Positions 29,009 to 38,872 of a DNA stretch of 64,000 bases are shown piece by piece. The position numbers were made by a program, and so were the translations under genes. The DNA is from Bacteroidota bacterium (GTDB lineage Bacteria > Bacteroidota > Bacteroidia > Chitinophagales > Chitinophagaceae). The number at the start of each line of letters is the position of its first letter. Position 1 is the stretch's first letter. The notes under the pieces are model-generated. The model worked only from the letters and a program-made list of their open reading frames with translations. It made no database searches and was not told where the DNA came from. Where the stretch lies: NCBI GenBank assembly GCA_013288285.1, contig JABDCE010000002.1:2027-66026 (forward strand). The letters run 5' to 3'.

Positions 29009-31117
29009 ATGAAAAAGATCACTTTATCCATAGTCACATTAGCGCTGGCCACGGCAGCGTGGGCGCAGCCGCTGGACCGCAGCATTAAGCCAAAGCCCGG
29101 CCCGGCACCTGAAATAAAATTAGGCAAAACAGAAAGCTTTACACTGAGCAACGGCATGCAGGTATTTGTGGTAGAGAACCACAAGTTGCCTACAGTAGCC
29201 TACAATATAGAACTAGACATAAAGCCAGCACTGGCCGGCGATATGGCAGGATACCGCGAAATGATGTCGGAACTTCTTCTCTCCGGAACTAAAACCCGCA
29301 CTAAAGACAAACTTAACGGGGAGATAGACCAGATGGGCGCAAACATCAATGTAAGCGATGAGGGTATATCTGGTAGCGGACTGAAGAAATACCAGGAAAA
29401 AATACTGGACCTGATGGCCGATATAGTGATGAATACGACCATCACACAGGAAGAACTGGATAAGGAAAAGAAGAAAACATTATCGGGCCTGGAGACTGAA
29501 AAGAACCAGCCAGACGCCATGGTGCGTAATGTGAGCTCTGTAGTTAACTTCGGAAATAACCACCCTTACGGAGAGATAGCTACAGAAGAAAGCGTAAAAA
29601 AGATAACACTAGACCGTTGCAGCAATTATTACCACACTTACTTCCGTCCGAATGTAGCGTACATGGCTATTGTAGGTGACGTAACGCTGGCAGAGGTAAA
29701 GCCACTGATAGAGAAATATTTTGGGAAGTGGCAGAAGCATGACGTACCATCTGCCAGCTATACTATTCCCGAGGTGTCTGGAAATAAATACACAAAGGTT
29801 GCATTCGCACCTAGGACTGCTGCCGTACAAAGCGTAGTTAGTGTTACTTACCCGGTAGACCTGAAACCGGGCACACCTGATGTGATCAAAGCACGCGTAG
29901 CAAATACGGTATTAGGCGGCGGTTCGCAAGGACGTTTGTTCCTTGACCTCCGTGAAAAACATGGCTGGACTTATGGCGCGTATTCTTCATTGCGCGATGA
30001 TGAACTGGGTGGCACCTTCTCTGCTACCGTAAAATGCCGCAATGTGGTTTCAGATAGCGCAGTAGGCGCCCTGCTTGATGAAATGCGCATGATGCAGACC
30101 GAAAAAGTAAATGATACTGCTTTGCAGAACTCTATTACTTACTTGTCCGGCAGCTTTGCAATAGGACTGGAAGACCCGAAGCGTGTGGCACAGAACGCCA
30201 TAAACATAGAGCGCTACCACATGCCTAAAGATTTCTATCAGAACTATCTGAAAAATCTGAGCGCTGTAACTGCGGACGACGTAATGAGCATGTCTATCAA
30301 GTATATCCGTCCCGACCATGCTAATATAGTAGTAGCCGGTAGCAAGGAAGAAGTAGCGGATAAGCTGTCTAAATTCTCTCATGATGGTAAAATAGACTAC
30401 TACGACTATACAGGTAAGACCTACATACCAACAGAAAGTACCGCTGTACCTGCGGGCATGACTGCTGACCAGGTATATAAAAATTACGTTGCAGCAATAG
30501 GTGGCGAAAAAGCCATCAGTGCGCTAAAAGATATGAAGATGACCGCACAAAGCGAGATAAAGGGCATTCCGCTGACGCTGACCGTAATGAAGAAAAATAA
30601 CGGAATGATGAAAGAGGCTGTGGAAGCAGACATGAACGGATCAAAGATGACTATGCAGAAGAAAGTGTATGATGGCAAAAAAGGCTTGCAGGAACAACAG
30701 GGCCAGAAGAAAGACCTCTCCGCTGAAGAAGTGGACGAAGTAAAACAGGAAGCTGACCTGCAATCTGACCTTCACCCTGAAAAGTATGGCATAAAGCGTA
30801 CGCTAAAAAGCATGGAATCTGTGAACGGGGCTAACGCCTACGTAATAGAATCTATTGACGCGAAGAGCAAAAAAACGACTGAATATTATGACGCAAAAAG
30901 CGGCTTCCTGGTAAAGCAGATCGAATACATCAAATCGGAAGACGGCAGCATGTATCCTAAAACAACTGAATTTTCTGATTATCGCGAAGTACCTGGCAGC
31001 AATGGCTACAAGATCTCTTATTCGTTTATCATACCAGCTGGTCCGGGCATGAACCTGAATGTAAAAGTGCAGACTGTAGACGTGAATAAAGGAATAGCCG
31101 ACAGCGAGTTTAACTAG
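29009..31117 (+). CDS. M16B peptidase non-catalytic partner with C-terminal beta-rich extension
   Basis: No HxxEH; RLFLDLREKHGWTYGAYS (R/Y pair); about 230 extra residues after the M16 domains. Confidence 0.88.
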   Translation: MKKITLSIVTLALATAAWAQPLDRSIKPKPGPAPEIKLGKTESFTLSNGMQVFVVENHKLPTVAYNIELDIKPALAGDMAGYREMMSELLLSGTKTRTKDKLNGEIDQMGANINVSDEGISGSGLKKYQEKILDLMADIVMNTTITQEELDKEKKKTLSGLETEKNQPDAMVRNVSSVVNFGNNHPYGEIATEESVKKITLDRCSNYYHTYFRPNVAYMAIVGDVTLAEVKPLIEKYFGKWQKHDVPSASYTIPEVSGNKYTKVAFAPRTAAVQSVVSVTYPVDLKPGTPDVIKARVANTVLGGGSQGRLFLDLREKHGWTYGAYSSLRDDELGGTFSATVKCRNVVSDSAVGALLDEMRMMQTEKVNDTALQNSITYLSGSFAIGLEDPKRVAQNAINIERYHMPKDFYQNYLKNLSAVTADDVMSMSIKYIRPDHANIVVAGSKEEVADKLSKFSHDGKIDYYDYTGKTYIPTESTAVPAGMTADQVYKNYVAAIGGEKAISALKDMKMTAQSEIKGIPLTLTVMKKNNGMMKEAVEADMNGSKMTMQKKVYDGKKGLQEQQGQKKDLSAEEVDEVKQEADLQSDLHPEKYGIKRTLKSMESVNGANAYVIESIDAKSKKTTEYYDAKSGFLVKQIEYIKSEDGSMYPKTTEFSDYREVPGSNGYKISYSFIIPAGPGMNLNVKVQTVDVNKGIADSEFN

Positions 31118-31141
31118 TAGACAACAAGAGTGGTTATTGAT

Positions 31142-31178
31142 AAAGAGAGGCTGCTCCGGATTGAGCAGCCTCTCTTTT
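31142..31178. terminator. Bidirectional intrinsic terminator
   Basis: aaagagaggctgctc-cggatt-gagcagcctctcttt. Confidence 0.85.
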
Positions 31179-31234
31179 AGTATGCGGTTTACTCCTTGAA
31201 AGCAAGTGAATTTTTCGAATGAATTAGAACCTGG

Positions 31235-31552
31235 TTAATAATCCAAATGATTGGGATTCCTTCTATTGTCCCAAAACAACAGCAATTGCACTTCTCTTTT
31301 TCTTGGTTTTACACGATAATAAAGCGTTGTTTTTTCTGTAACTACCACAATGTGCTTATGCTTCCCTTTATCAGATTTCCTAAACATTGCAGGGTCGCGT
31401 GCTATATGCGCCAGCATAGTCAATGTTTTTCGTACAAATTTCTGAACGGCAATGTCGTTGAATTCCCCTTCAATGTATTGTAATATTTCTTCGTAGGATT
31501 TTAGCGCTTTAGGAGACCATACAATTGTGTGAAGTTCTTGTACTAAAGCCAT
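31235..31552 (-). CDS. RelE/ParE-family toxin
   Basis: IVWSPKALKSYEEILQYI..P.MF..TLYYRV..LLLFWDNRRNP. Confidence 0.85.
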   Translation of the reverse strand: MALVQELHTIVWSPKALKSYEEILQYIEGEFNDIAVQKFVRKTLTMLAHIARDPAMFRKSDKGKHKHIVVVTEKTTLYYRVKPRKREVQLLLFWDNRRNPNHLDY

Positions 31553-31782
31553 TTGCTCAATTTTTTCAAAACTTCTTTATGCGGAATCCCCTTACCCGCA
31601 TCAAGCTCTGCTTCCGATTCATTGATAGCTCTTATCTGCTCTTCCGACAGTTCATCCCACCAGTCTTCTTTTTCGTGTGCAAAAGTCTTCACAACGTTTA
31701 ATACCGTTTTCTTTTGTCGTGTATTAAGTTGATGAACATACTTTGCGATTTCATTTTCTATTGCTATAGCTGCTGTAGCCAT
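31543..31782 (-). CDS. Antitoxin (addiction-module component)
   Basis: DWWDELSEEQ..I..SEAELDAGKGIPHKEV; overlaps the toxin start; TAAATTTG -7 element upstream. Confidence 0.8.
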   Translation of the reverse strand: MATAAIAIENEIAKYVHQLNTRQKKTVLNVVKTFAHEKEDWWDELSEEQIRAINESEAELDAGKGIPHKEVLKKLSKWL

Positions 31783-31865
31783 AAGGTTTCTTTTTTACAA
31801 ATTTAATGATTTAGAAAGAGCAAAAAGGTGATTTATATTACATTTTATAAATTTTCATTTACTAA

Positions 31866-33962
31866 CTACCCTTTCACCAATTCCAGGAACTCCTGCTCAG
31901 TGAGAATATTCACAGAGCCCAGCTTCTTGGCTTTCTCCAGCTTAGACCCAGCATCCTCGCCTACCACCAGGTAGTTGAGCTTGGTACTTACACTTCCCAG
32001 TATAGAGCCACCTTTATTTTCTACAATCGCTTCCGCATCGCTGCGTTTAAAATGGCTGAGCGTACCCGTGAACAGGAAAGTTTTTCCTGACAGCTCCCCA
32101 CTTGTCTGCTGCTCACCTCTATATTCATTCTTCAGGTTTACACCTGCTTCATCCAGCTTATTGATAATAGCTCTGTTCTCAGGACGGGCAAAAAAATCAA
32201 CGACAGACGTGGCCACTTTAGGTCCTATATCTTCAAGCGTAGATAGCTTTTCTATGTCCCAGGTATAAAAATCGCTGATGTGCGCTACTGCCGATGCTAA
32301 AGTCTTGGCAGTGGTTTCACCCACATGCCTTATCCCCAGCCCGAATATCAAACGATTCAGCGGCTGTTTCTTAGATTGTTCAATAGCTTCTTTAAGATTG
32401 GTTACCGACTTTTCACCAAACCCGCCAAGTTCTGAAACCCTGTTCCAATCGATATGATAGATACCGGCGATATCCGGGAGTAACCCCTTGTCATAAAACT
32501 TCTGCACATTCGCCCCACCCAGGCTGCGGATGTCCATAGCGTCCTTACTGGCAAAATGTATCATGCGCTCTGCCACCTGCACCGGGCAGGCGATATTAAT
32601 GCAACGCCATGCCGCCTCGTCCTGTTGTTTTTCAAGTTCGCTGTTGCAGGCCGGACAATGCGTTGGAAATTTAATTTCCTTTTCCTCTCCGGTTCTTAGT
32701 TCTGTCAACGGTTTTACTATGTAAGGGATCACATCACCAGCTCTCTCTACCAGCACGGTATCACCTATCCGCACGTCCTTTTCCTTTATTACATCTTCAT
32801 TGAACAACGATATGGACTTAACGGTCACCCCGCCTATATGTACTGGCTCTATTTTGGCCACCGGGGTAATAGCCCCCACCCTGCCCACCTGGAACTCCAC
32901 ATCCAGCAGCTTGCTCGTAGCCTGTCGTGCTTTGAATTTATAGGCCACTGCCCACCGCGGATGATGCGACGTCATGCCCATCCTGTCCTGCAGGGCAAAG
33001 TCGTTTACTTTTATTACCAGCCCATCTACTTCGAACGCCAGTGAATCACGCTGCCCCTCAAATTCCTTGCAGTATGCGATCACTTGGTCAATGTGTTTAA
33101 ATACTTTCATTTCCCTGGCCGGTGTAGGAAAGCCCAGGCTGTACAACCATTTCAGAGAACCATAGTGTGTTCTTAATTCATCGGGCCGTTGCGCACCCGC
33201 ACTAAGCGTATAATCACTGATGTGATACAGTATAGCATTCAACCCACGTTTTCTCACTTCGGCAGGATCTAATATTCGCAATGTACCCGATGCCGCATTA
33301 CGCGGATTGGCCAGCGGAGACAACCCCTCTGCCACACGTTGTTTATTGAACGCTTCGAAAACGTTTTTGTGTATCACTATCTCTCCACGTATCTCGATCT
33401 GTACAACCCCTTGTTTTGCGAGTGCTGCAGACAGGGGAATCGCCTTTATCTGCCTGATATTTGCGGTCACATCTTCGCCCATTACGCCGTCTCCGCGTGT
33501 AGCGCCGCGCGACAGGTTTCCGTTGTCGTAAATCAAGGAGATACTGGCGCCATCGTACTTAGGCTCTACACAATATTCTATTTCGTCTGTTTCGGCCAGC
33601 TCATGACATTTTCTGTCCCAATCTATAAGGTCTTCCGCGTTGTATGTATTATCCAGGCTCAGCATTGGCACAAGATGGCTCACAGTAGGGAACCGTTCGC
33701 TTAGCCCCAGTGCCACCCGTTGTGTGGGTGAATCGGCAGTTACCAGTTCGGGGTACTTTTCTTCTATATGCTTTAGCTTCTTGAAGAGCGCATCATACTC
33801 ATCGTCTGAAAGTACGGGGTCGCTTTGCACATAATACTTCCAGTCGGCATACAAGATGGTCTGTCGCAGGGAATCAATGATCTGCGGATCATCCTGCCCA
33901 TCATCAGCCAGTATCTTTTTCGCTTGTTCGTACAGGCGTTTCTCGTCTTGCGGGGTGTACAT
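31866..33962 (-). CDS. ligA: NAD-dependent DNA ligase
   Basis: EPKYDG, TRGDG..GEDVT, ANPRNAASG, HHPRWAVAYKF, zinc finger CPAC..C..C, BRCT domain. Confidence 0.98.
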   Translation of the reverse strand: MYTPQDEKRLYEQAKKILADDGQDDPQIIDSLRQTILYADWKYYVQSDPVLSDDEYDALFKKLKHIEEKYPELVTADSPTQRVALGLSERFPTVSHLVPMLSLDNTYNAEDLIDWDRKCHELAETDEIEYCVEPKYDGASISLIYDNGNLSRGATRGDGVMGEDVTANIRQIKAIPLSAALAKQGVVQIEIRGEIVIHKNVFEAFNKQRVAEGLSPLANPRNAASGTLRILDPAEVRKRGLNAILYHISDYTLSAGAQRPDELRTHYGSLKWLYSLGFPTPAREMKVFKHIDQVIAYCKEFEGQRDSLAFEVDGLVIKVNDFALQDRMGMTSHHPRWAVAYKFKARQATSKLLDVEFQVGRVGAITPVAKIEPVHIGGVTVKSISLFNEDVIKEKDVRIGDTVLVERAGDVIPYIVKPLTELRTGEEKEIKFPTHCPACNSELEKQQDEAAWRCINIACPVQVAERMIHFASKDAMDIRSLGGANVQKFYDKGLLPDIAGIYHIDWNRVSELGGFGEKSVTNLKEAIEQSKKQPLNRLIFGLGIRHVGETTAKTLASAVAHISDFYTWDIEKLSTLEDIGPKVATSVVDFFARPENRAIINKLDEAGVNLKNEYRGEQQTSGELSGKTFLFTGTLSHFKRSDAEAIVENKGGSILGSVSTKLNYLVVGEDAGSKLEKAKKLGSVNILTEQEFLELVKG

Positions 33963-34056
33963 AATGCAAAGTAAATAAGTTCACCACAATAATTTTCGAC
34001 GAATTTTCACCCAACACTATCAGGATCAGGTTATCTGTATTATTTTGCTGTGCCTG

Positions 34057-34521
34057 ATGAAAAAACTGATAAAATCATACGTCACCTTTACCCGGACTGA
34101 ACGGATGGGGCTTATAGTGCTGTGTGCATTATTGCTGATACTGATCTCGGTTCGGGCAACCATGTATCTCTGGGTACACCCTACTGTTAATCCCGAAGAT
34201 GAAAAGAAACTGGTTGCCGCTTGGGAGACTTTCAAGCACACACAAACCATTCCGAAACCCATTGATACCACGGCAGAAAAAGACGACTACATGGATGCCG
34301 GAGATGAGAACGAGACGCCGCTGCCGGCAATCGTGAATCTAAATACCGCAGACTCTGCAACACTTGTGCGTTTCAAAGGCATAGGCCCGGTGACAGCAGG
34401 CAATATAGTGGCACGCAGAAGAAACAAAGGGCCATTTACCGACATAGAACAACTAAGAGAAACGGGATCTTTTTCAAAGAGTACCTTTGAAACGCTGAAA
34501 AGACATTTGGTCGTGAAATAA
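34057..34521 (+). CDS. ComEA-like membrane-anchored helix-hairpin-helix DNA-binding protein
   Basis: FTRTERMG plus TM helix; VNLNTADSATLVRFKGIGPVTA..IV..R..GPF. Confidence 0.85.
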   Translation: MKKLIKSYVTFTRTERMGLIVLCALLLILISVRATMYLWVHPTVNPEDEKKLVAAWETFKHTQTIPKPIDTTAEKDDYMDAGDENETPLPAIVNLNTADSATLVRFKGIGPVTAGNIVARRRNKGPFTDIEQLRETGSFSKSTFETLKRHLVVK

Positions 34522-34610
34522 TATTATTTTCTGCCATCCAAATAATCATGTCCCTACACTTTTTTAGGCAAAAACGTCGTAAATTCGCCGCCTGAATCAC
34601 GCATTACAAT

Positions 34611-35753
34611 ATGGATTTTAACTATACAGAGACCCAGATTTCCATCGCAGAAATGATCCGCGATTTTGCAAACAAGCACATCCGTCCGGATATGATGGAG
34701 TGGGATGAGTCGCAGAAATTTCCTGTTGACCTTTTTCATAAAATGGGAGAACTTGGCCTGATGGGTGTACTTGTTCCTACAGAATATGGCGGTTCCGGCC
34801 TTAGTTATTTTGAATATGTGACCGTGGTAAGTGAAATAGCTAAAGTATGTGGCTCTATAGGGCTTTCTGTTGCGGCACATAACTCTCTTTGCACAGGGCA
34901 TATCCTTTATTTCGGCAACGAAGAACAAAAAAGAAAGTACCTGCCAAAACTGGCCAGTGGTGAATGGTTAGGCGCCTGGGGACTAACAGAAGCCAATACT
35001 GGTAGCGATGCCGGCAATATGCGCTGCACCGCGACAAAGGACGGTGACGAATGGGTATTGAACGGTACTAAGAACTGGATCACACATGGTATCAGCGGCA
35101 ATGTGGCCGTAGTGCTTGCCCGTACAGGTGAGCCACGCGCAAAGAATAACAGTACTGCTTTTATCGTAGAGCGCGGAACACCAGGCTTTGCAGCAGGTAA
35201 AAAAGAGAATAAATTAGGGATGCGCGCCAGCGAAACAGCAGAGTTGGTGTTTGACAACTGCCGCATATCAGACGCACAGAGAATGGGCCCTGTAGGCGAT
35301 GGTTTCCACCAGGCTATGAAGGTGCTGGATGGTGGCCGTATATCCATTGCCGCACTTGCTTTAGGCATTGCGAAAGGCGCATACGAAGCATCATTGAAAT
35401 ATGCCAAGGAACGTTACCAGTTCGACCAGCCGATAGCTAACTTCCAGGCCATAGGTTTTAAACTTGCCGATATGGCCACGCAGATCGAAGCTTCAGAACT
35501 GCTGATCTACCAGGCGTCAGACCTTAAAAACCGCGGTATGAAAATGTCGAAAGAATCTGCGATAGCGAAATACTATGCGTCAGAAGCTTCTGTACGTATC
35601 TCTACCGATGCCGTGCAGATATTTGGCGGATATGGTTATACAAAGGATTTCCCCGTTGAAAAGTACTACCGCGACAGCAAGCTGTGCACCATAGGTGAAG
35701 GCACATCTGAAATACAAAAGCTGGTGATATCAAGAGACATCCTCAAACAGTGA
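34611..35753 (+). CDS. Acyl-CoA dehydrogenase
   Basis: LTEANTGSDA, LNGTKNWIT, KLGMRASET, QIFGGYGY, IGEGTSEIQ. Confidence 0.96.
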   Translation: MDFNYTETQISIAEMIRDFANKHIRPDMMEWDESQKFPVDLFHKMGELGLMGVLVPTEYGGSGLSYFEYVTVVSEIAKVCGSIGLSVAAHNSLCTGHILYFGNEEQKRKYLPKLASGEWLGAWGLTEANTGSDAGNMRCTATKDGDEWVLNGTKNWITHGISGNVAVVLARTGEPRAKNNSTAFIVERGTPGFAAGKKENKLGMRASETAELVFDNCRISDAQRMGPVGDGFHQAMKVLDGGRISIAALALGIAKGAYEASLKYAKERYQFDQPIANFQAIGFKLADMATQIEASELLIYQASDLKNRGMKMSKESAIAKYYASEASVRISTDAVQIFGGYGYTKDFPVEKYYRDSKLCTIGEGTSEIQKLVISRDILKQ

Positions 35754-35758
35754 TGAGG

Positions 35759-36193
35759 TTACTTCTTATTGTAATAATAAGCCGTTAAGCCTGTCTGCGT
35801 ATTGGCTTGCAATACCAGGTTATTTGAGGACATAGAAACGATATAATAGGTAATGGTATCGTGGCTGGCAAATGCGCTGTATAAGTAATCGTTGTTTATT
35901 AGTGCCCAACTGAAAGATAACGGAGTAGAAACTACACCATCGTAAATATCATTTTCTACACCGGTAAAATTTGCGTTGAATGTAAGCTCATAGTCTTGTC
36001 CTGAAGGCACACTATGTATCTCACTGCCGTCTATCTGCTTGTTACCATTATCGTCGGTAGCGGTCTGTGCAAGTTTCCATTTGCCATCCAACTCAGAATT
36101 TGTACTGCCCGTATTTTGTTTCTTAACACACGAAACTAAACCACCGGCCATGGCTACAAAAAGAAAAAGAAAAAACAGGCTACTTCTGTTCAT
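35759..36193 (-). CDS. Lipocalin-like lipoprotein
   Basis: Lipobox LVSC-VKK; LDGKWKL. Confidence 0.75.
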   Translation of the reverse strand: MNRSSLFFLFLFVAMAGGLVSCVKKQNTGSTNSELDGKWKLAQTATDDNGNKQIDGSEIHSVPSGQDYELTFNANFTGVENDIYDGVVSTPLSFSWALINNDYLYSAFASHDTITYYIVSMSSNNLVLQANTQTGLTAYYYNKK

Positions 36194-36266
36194 ATTGCCG
36201 GAATGAGACCGCTATATACCTATTTATAGCATAACAAATTTACAGATAAATAGCGTACCAACAATG

Positions 36267-37109
36267 TTAATAATCGCCGTAAGTAGTTTTGGGCAGTAAT
36301 GTCAGGGCTTCTTCCAGTTGCTTATCGCTGGGAGCAATACCGTGCCATTCATGAGTACCTTCCATAAAGCTCACGCCCTTGCCCATAACTGTTGTCATGA
36401 TGATGCAGATCGGCTTACCCTTACCTGTAGCTGCTTTTGCCTTAGCCATTACCTCCAGCACATTATCCATATCATTGCCATCCATCTCCATTACCTCCCA
36501 GTTAAAGGCTTCGAATTTAGCCCTTAACGGGTTCATGTTCATTACCGTATTGGTTGAGCCATCTATCTGCTGGCCGTTAAAGTCTATGGTAGCTATCAGG
36601 TTATCTATCTTATGGTGCGCGGCAAACATGATGGCCTCCCAGTTCTGCCCTTCCTGCAATTCACCATCACCATGCAAAGAATACACGAGATGGTTGTCTT
36701 TATTCATTTTCTTGGCAAGCGCTGCGCCAGATGCCACACTAAGCCCCTGCCCCAATGAACCGCTGGCAATACGTACGCCCGGCAGATGTTCGTGTGTGGC
36801 GGGATGTCCCTGCAAACGTGAATTTATATGACGAAAAGTAGCCAGCTCACTAACAGGGAAATAACCACTGCGTGCCAGTACACTGTAAAACACCGGAGAA
36901 ATATGGCCGTTCGATAAAAAGAATAAGTCCTCACCTACCCCATCCATGTCAAATCCCGGCTTGCGGTCCATGATCTTAAAGTAGAGCGCGGTCAGAAAGT
37001 CGGTACAGCCCAGCGAACCGCCGGGATGACCGCTTTGTACCTTATGCACCATACGTACTATATCGCGGCGCACCTGTGTGGCCATCTCTTTCAGGTTGAT
37101 ATTATCCAT
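36267..37109 (-). CDS. Transketolase N-terminal (TPP-binding) subunit
   Basis: SGHPGGSLG, LSNGH, LQGHP, GSLGQGLS, GDGELQEGQNWEA; TACTTTTG upstream supports ATG 37109. Confidence 0.95.
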   Translation of the reverse strand: MDNINLKEMATQVRRDIVRMVHKVQSGHPGGSLGCTDFLTALYFKIMDRKPGFDMDGVGEDLFFLSNGHISPVFYSVLARSGYFPVSELATFRHINSRLQGHPATHEHLPGVRIASGSLGQGLSVASGAALAKKMNKDNHLVYSLHGDGELQEGQNWEAIMFAAHHKIDNLIATIDFNGQQIDGSTNTVMNMNPLRAKFEAFNWEVMEMDGNDMDNVLEVMAKAKAATGKGKPICIIMTTVMGKGVSFMEGTHEWHGIAPSDKQLEEALTLLPKTTYGDY

Positions 37110-37205
37110 TTCTTTCAGTGAATTGTGTGCAAAAGTAGATGATAACCCGCATTTTTTACAAGAAAAATATAAACAAACATTCTGTTCACTAATTTGCGGG
37201 TACAA

Positions 37206-38282
37206 ATGGAATTTTCAAGATCTGCAAAAAAATATTTCACCGCACAACTTACGTCCTGGCATACCCATACCAATGACCGCGACCTGCCCTGGAAAAGCGA
37301 GAAAGACCCTTACAAAATATGGCTGTCAGAGGTCATTTTGCAACAGACACGCGCTTTGCAGGGTTTACCTTATTATCTGCGTTTTACCGAGGCATACCCT
37401 ACCATAGCGGATATGGCGGCAGCAACCGACGAACAGGCTTTCCGGCTCTGGCAGGGACTGGGATACTATAACCGCTGCAAAAATATGCTGGCTACAGCCA
37501 GGTACATAGCCGGCGAGCTGAATGGCCGGTTCCCCGACACGCATGAAAATCTATTGGCTCTAAAGGGGATTGGGCCATATACCGCCGCAGCTATTGCGTC
37601 TTTTGCTTTTGGTTTACCTTATGCGGTCGTCGATGGCAATGTATACCGGGTACTGTCGCGTTATTTTGGCATAGACACCCCTTTTGACACCACAACCGGG
37701 AAAAAGCTGTTTGGAGCGCTGGCACAAGACCTGCTGGAAATCAAAGATAGCGCCGCATATAACCAGGCCATCATGGACCTGGGGGCAACCGTATGCACAC
37801 CCCGCAATCCATTGTGCGGCGAATGTCCGCTGCAAAAAAAATGTATCGCTTTTCAACAGGATCTTATTGACGTACTGCCGGTGCGTAGTAAGAAGCAATC
37901 TGTCAAAACAAGATATTTCCATTATCTGTTTCTCAACTGGAACGATACAACTTGGATACATAAACGTACCGGCAACGATATATGGGAAAACCTTCATGAG
38001 CCTTTCCTTATAGAGGCCGATGGCCCTCTTGATATTCCGGAACTGGCCTTGCAGCAGCAATTCCTGGAAGCCCATCTCAACTTTAGTGAAATTAAATATG
38101 AGGGCGCGTCAACTCAACGATTAACGCACCGGATCATAGAAACACGCTTTTTCAGTATAAAACTGTTGAAAAAAACTAAAATGACCACTTTAAGCGGCAC
38201 ATGGCTGTCTATCAACGACTTAAAAAATACAGCTTTTCCCAAAACACTTGTTTCTTTTCTGAAAAATAATTTATACTTTTAG
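37206..38282 (+). CDS. mutY: A/G-specific adenine glycosylase
   Basis: WLSEVILQQT, WQGLGYY, LKGIGPYTA, VVDGNV, C-X6-C-X2-C-X5-C iron-sulfur motif. Confidence 0.96.
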   Translation: MEFSRSAKKYFTAQLTSWHTHTNDRDLPWKSEKDPYKIWLSEVILQQTRALQGLPYYLRFTEAYPTIADMAAATDEQAFRLWQGLGYYNRCKNMLATARYIAGELNGRFPDTHENLLALKGIGPYTAAAIASFAFGLPYAVVDGNVYRVLSRYFGIDTPFDTTTGKKLFGALAQDLLEIKDSAAYNQAIMDLGATVCTPRNPLCGECPLQKKCIAFQQDLIDVLPVRSKKQSVKTRYFHYLFLNWNDTTWIHKRTGNDIWENLHEPFLIEADGPLDIPELALQQQFLEAHLNFSEIKYEGASTQRLTHRIIETRFFSIKLLKKTKMTTLSGTWLSINDLKNTAFPKTLVSFLKNNLYF

Positions 38283-38328
38283 ATGTCATGAGGTTATAAT
38301 AATTGTAATTTGAAATTCTGAAACTGAT

Positions 38329-38778
38329 ATGAGAGGCGTAAACAAAGTTGTACTGATCGGAAATATTGGAAAGGAACCTGACCTGCAATATCTTGAAGGG
38401 AACATAGCAGTAGCTAAGTTTCCCCTGGCTACCACAGAGAGTTACAAAGACAAAACGGGTACGCTTGTTTCCCAGACCGAATGGCATACTGTAGTGCTGT
38501 GGCGTGGACTTGCAGAGCTGGCCCAGAAGTACTTACATAAAGGCAGTCTCGTATATATAGAAGGGCGCATACGCACGCGCAACTGGGAAGATAAAGACAA
38601 AAACAAACGTTTCAGCACGGAAATATTAGGCGACAACCTCGTAATGCTGGATAAACGCAAAGAGCAGACAGACAGCACCTCAGAAACGCCGGCCCACGAA
38701 ACTACCAGTTTCCCGGATATAAATTTTGACCACGGTGGCATTACCGGAAATGTTGCAAAAGATGACCTTCCGTTTTAA
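38329..38778 (+). CDS. ssb: Single-stranded DNA-binding protein
   Basis: GVNKVVLIGN, TEWH, YIEGRIRTR, C-terminal DDLPF. Confidence 0.98.
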   Translation: MRGVNKVVLIGNIGKEPDLQYLEGNIAVAKFPLATTESYKDKTGTLVSQTEWHTVVLWRGLAELAQKYLHKGSLVYIEGRIRTRNWEDKDKNKRFSTEILGDNLVMLDKRKEQTDSTSETPAHETTSFPDINFDHGGITGNVAKDDLPF

Positions 38779-38801
38779 TGGCATAATATTTTGTATTAAA
38801 A

Positions 38802-38830
38802 AACAGAAAGAAATAACATTTCTTTCTGTT
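38802..38830 (+). terminator. Hairpin after ssb (possible terminator)
   Basis: aacagaaagaaat-aac-atttctttctgtt. Confidence 0.5.
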
Positions 38831-38872
38831 CCTTTTTCTAATTTTGATACCATCACCAAACTTTAACACCCC

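Noticed and set aside
38779-38793. Sigma54-like TGGCATAATATTTTG upstream of gldE
   Set aside because: It lies before a probable terminator hairpin, and a TAATTTTG element nearer gldE explains expression more simply.
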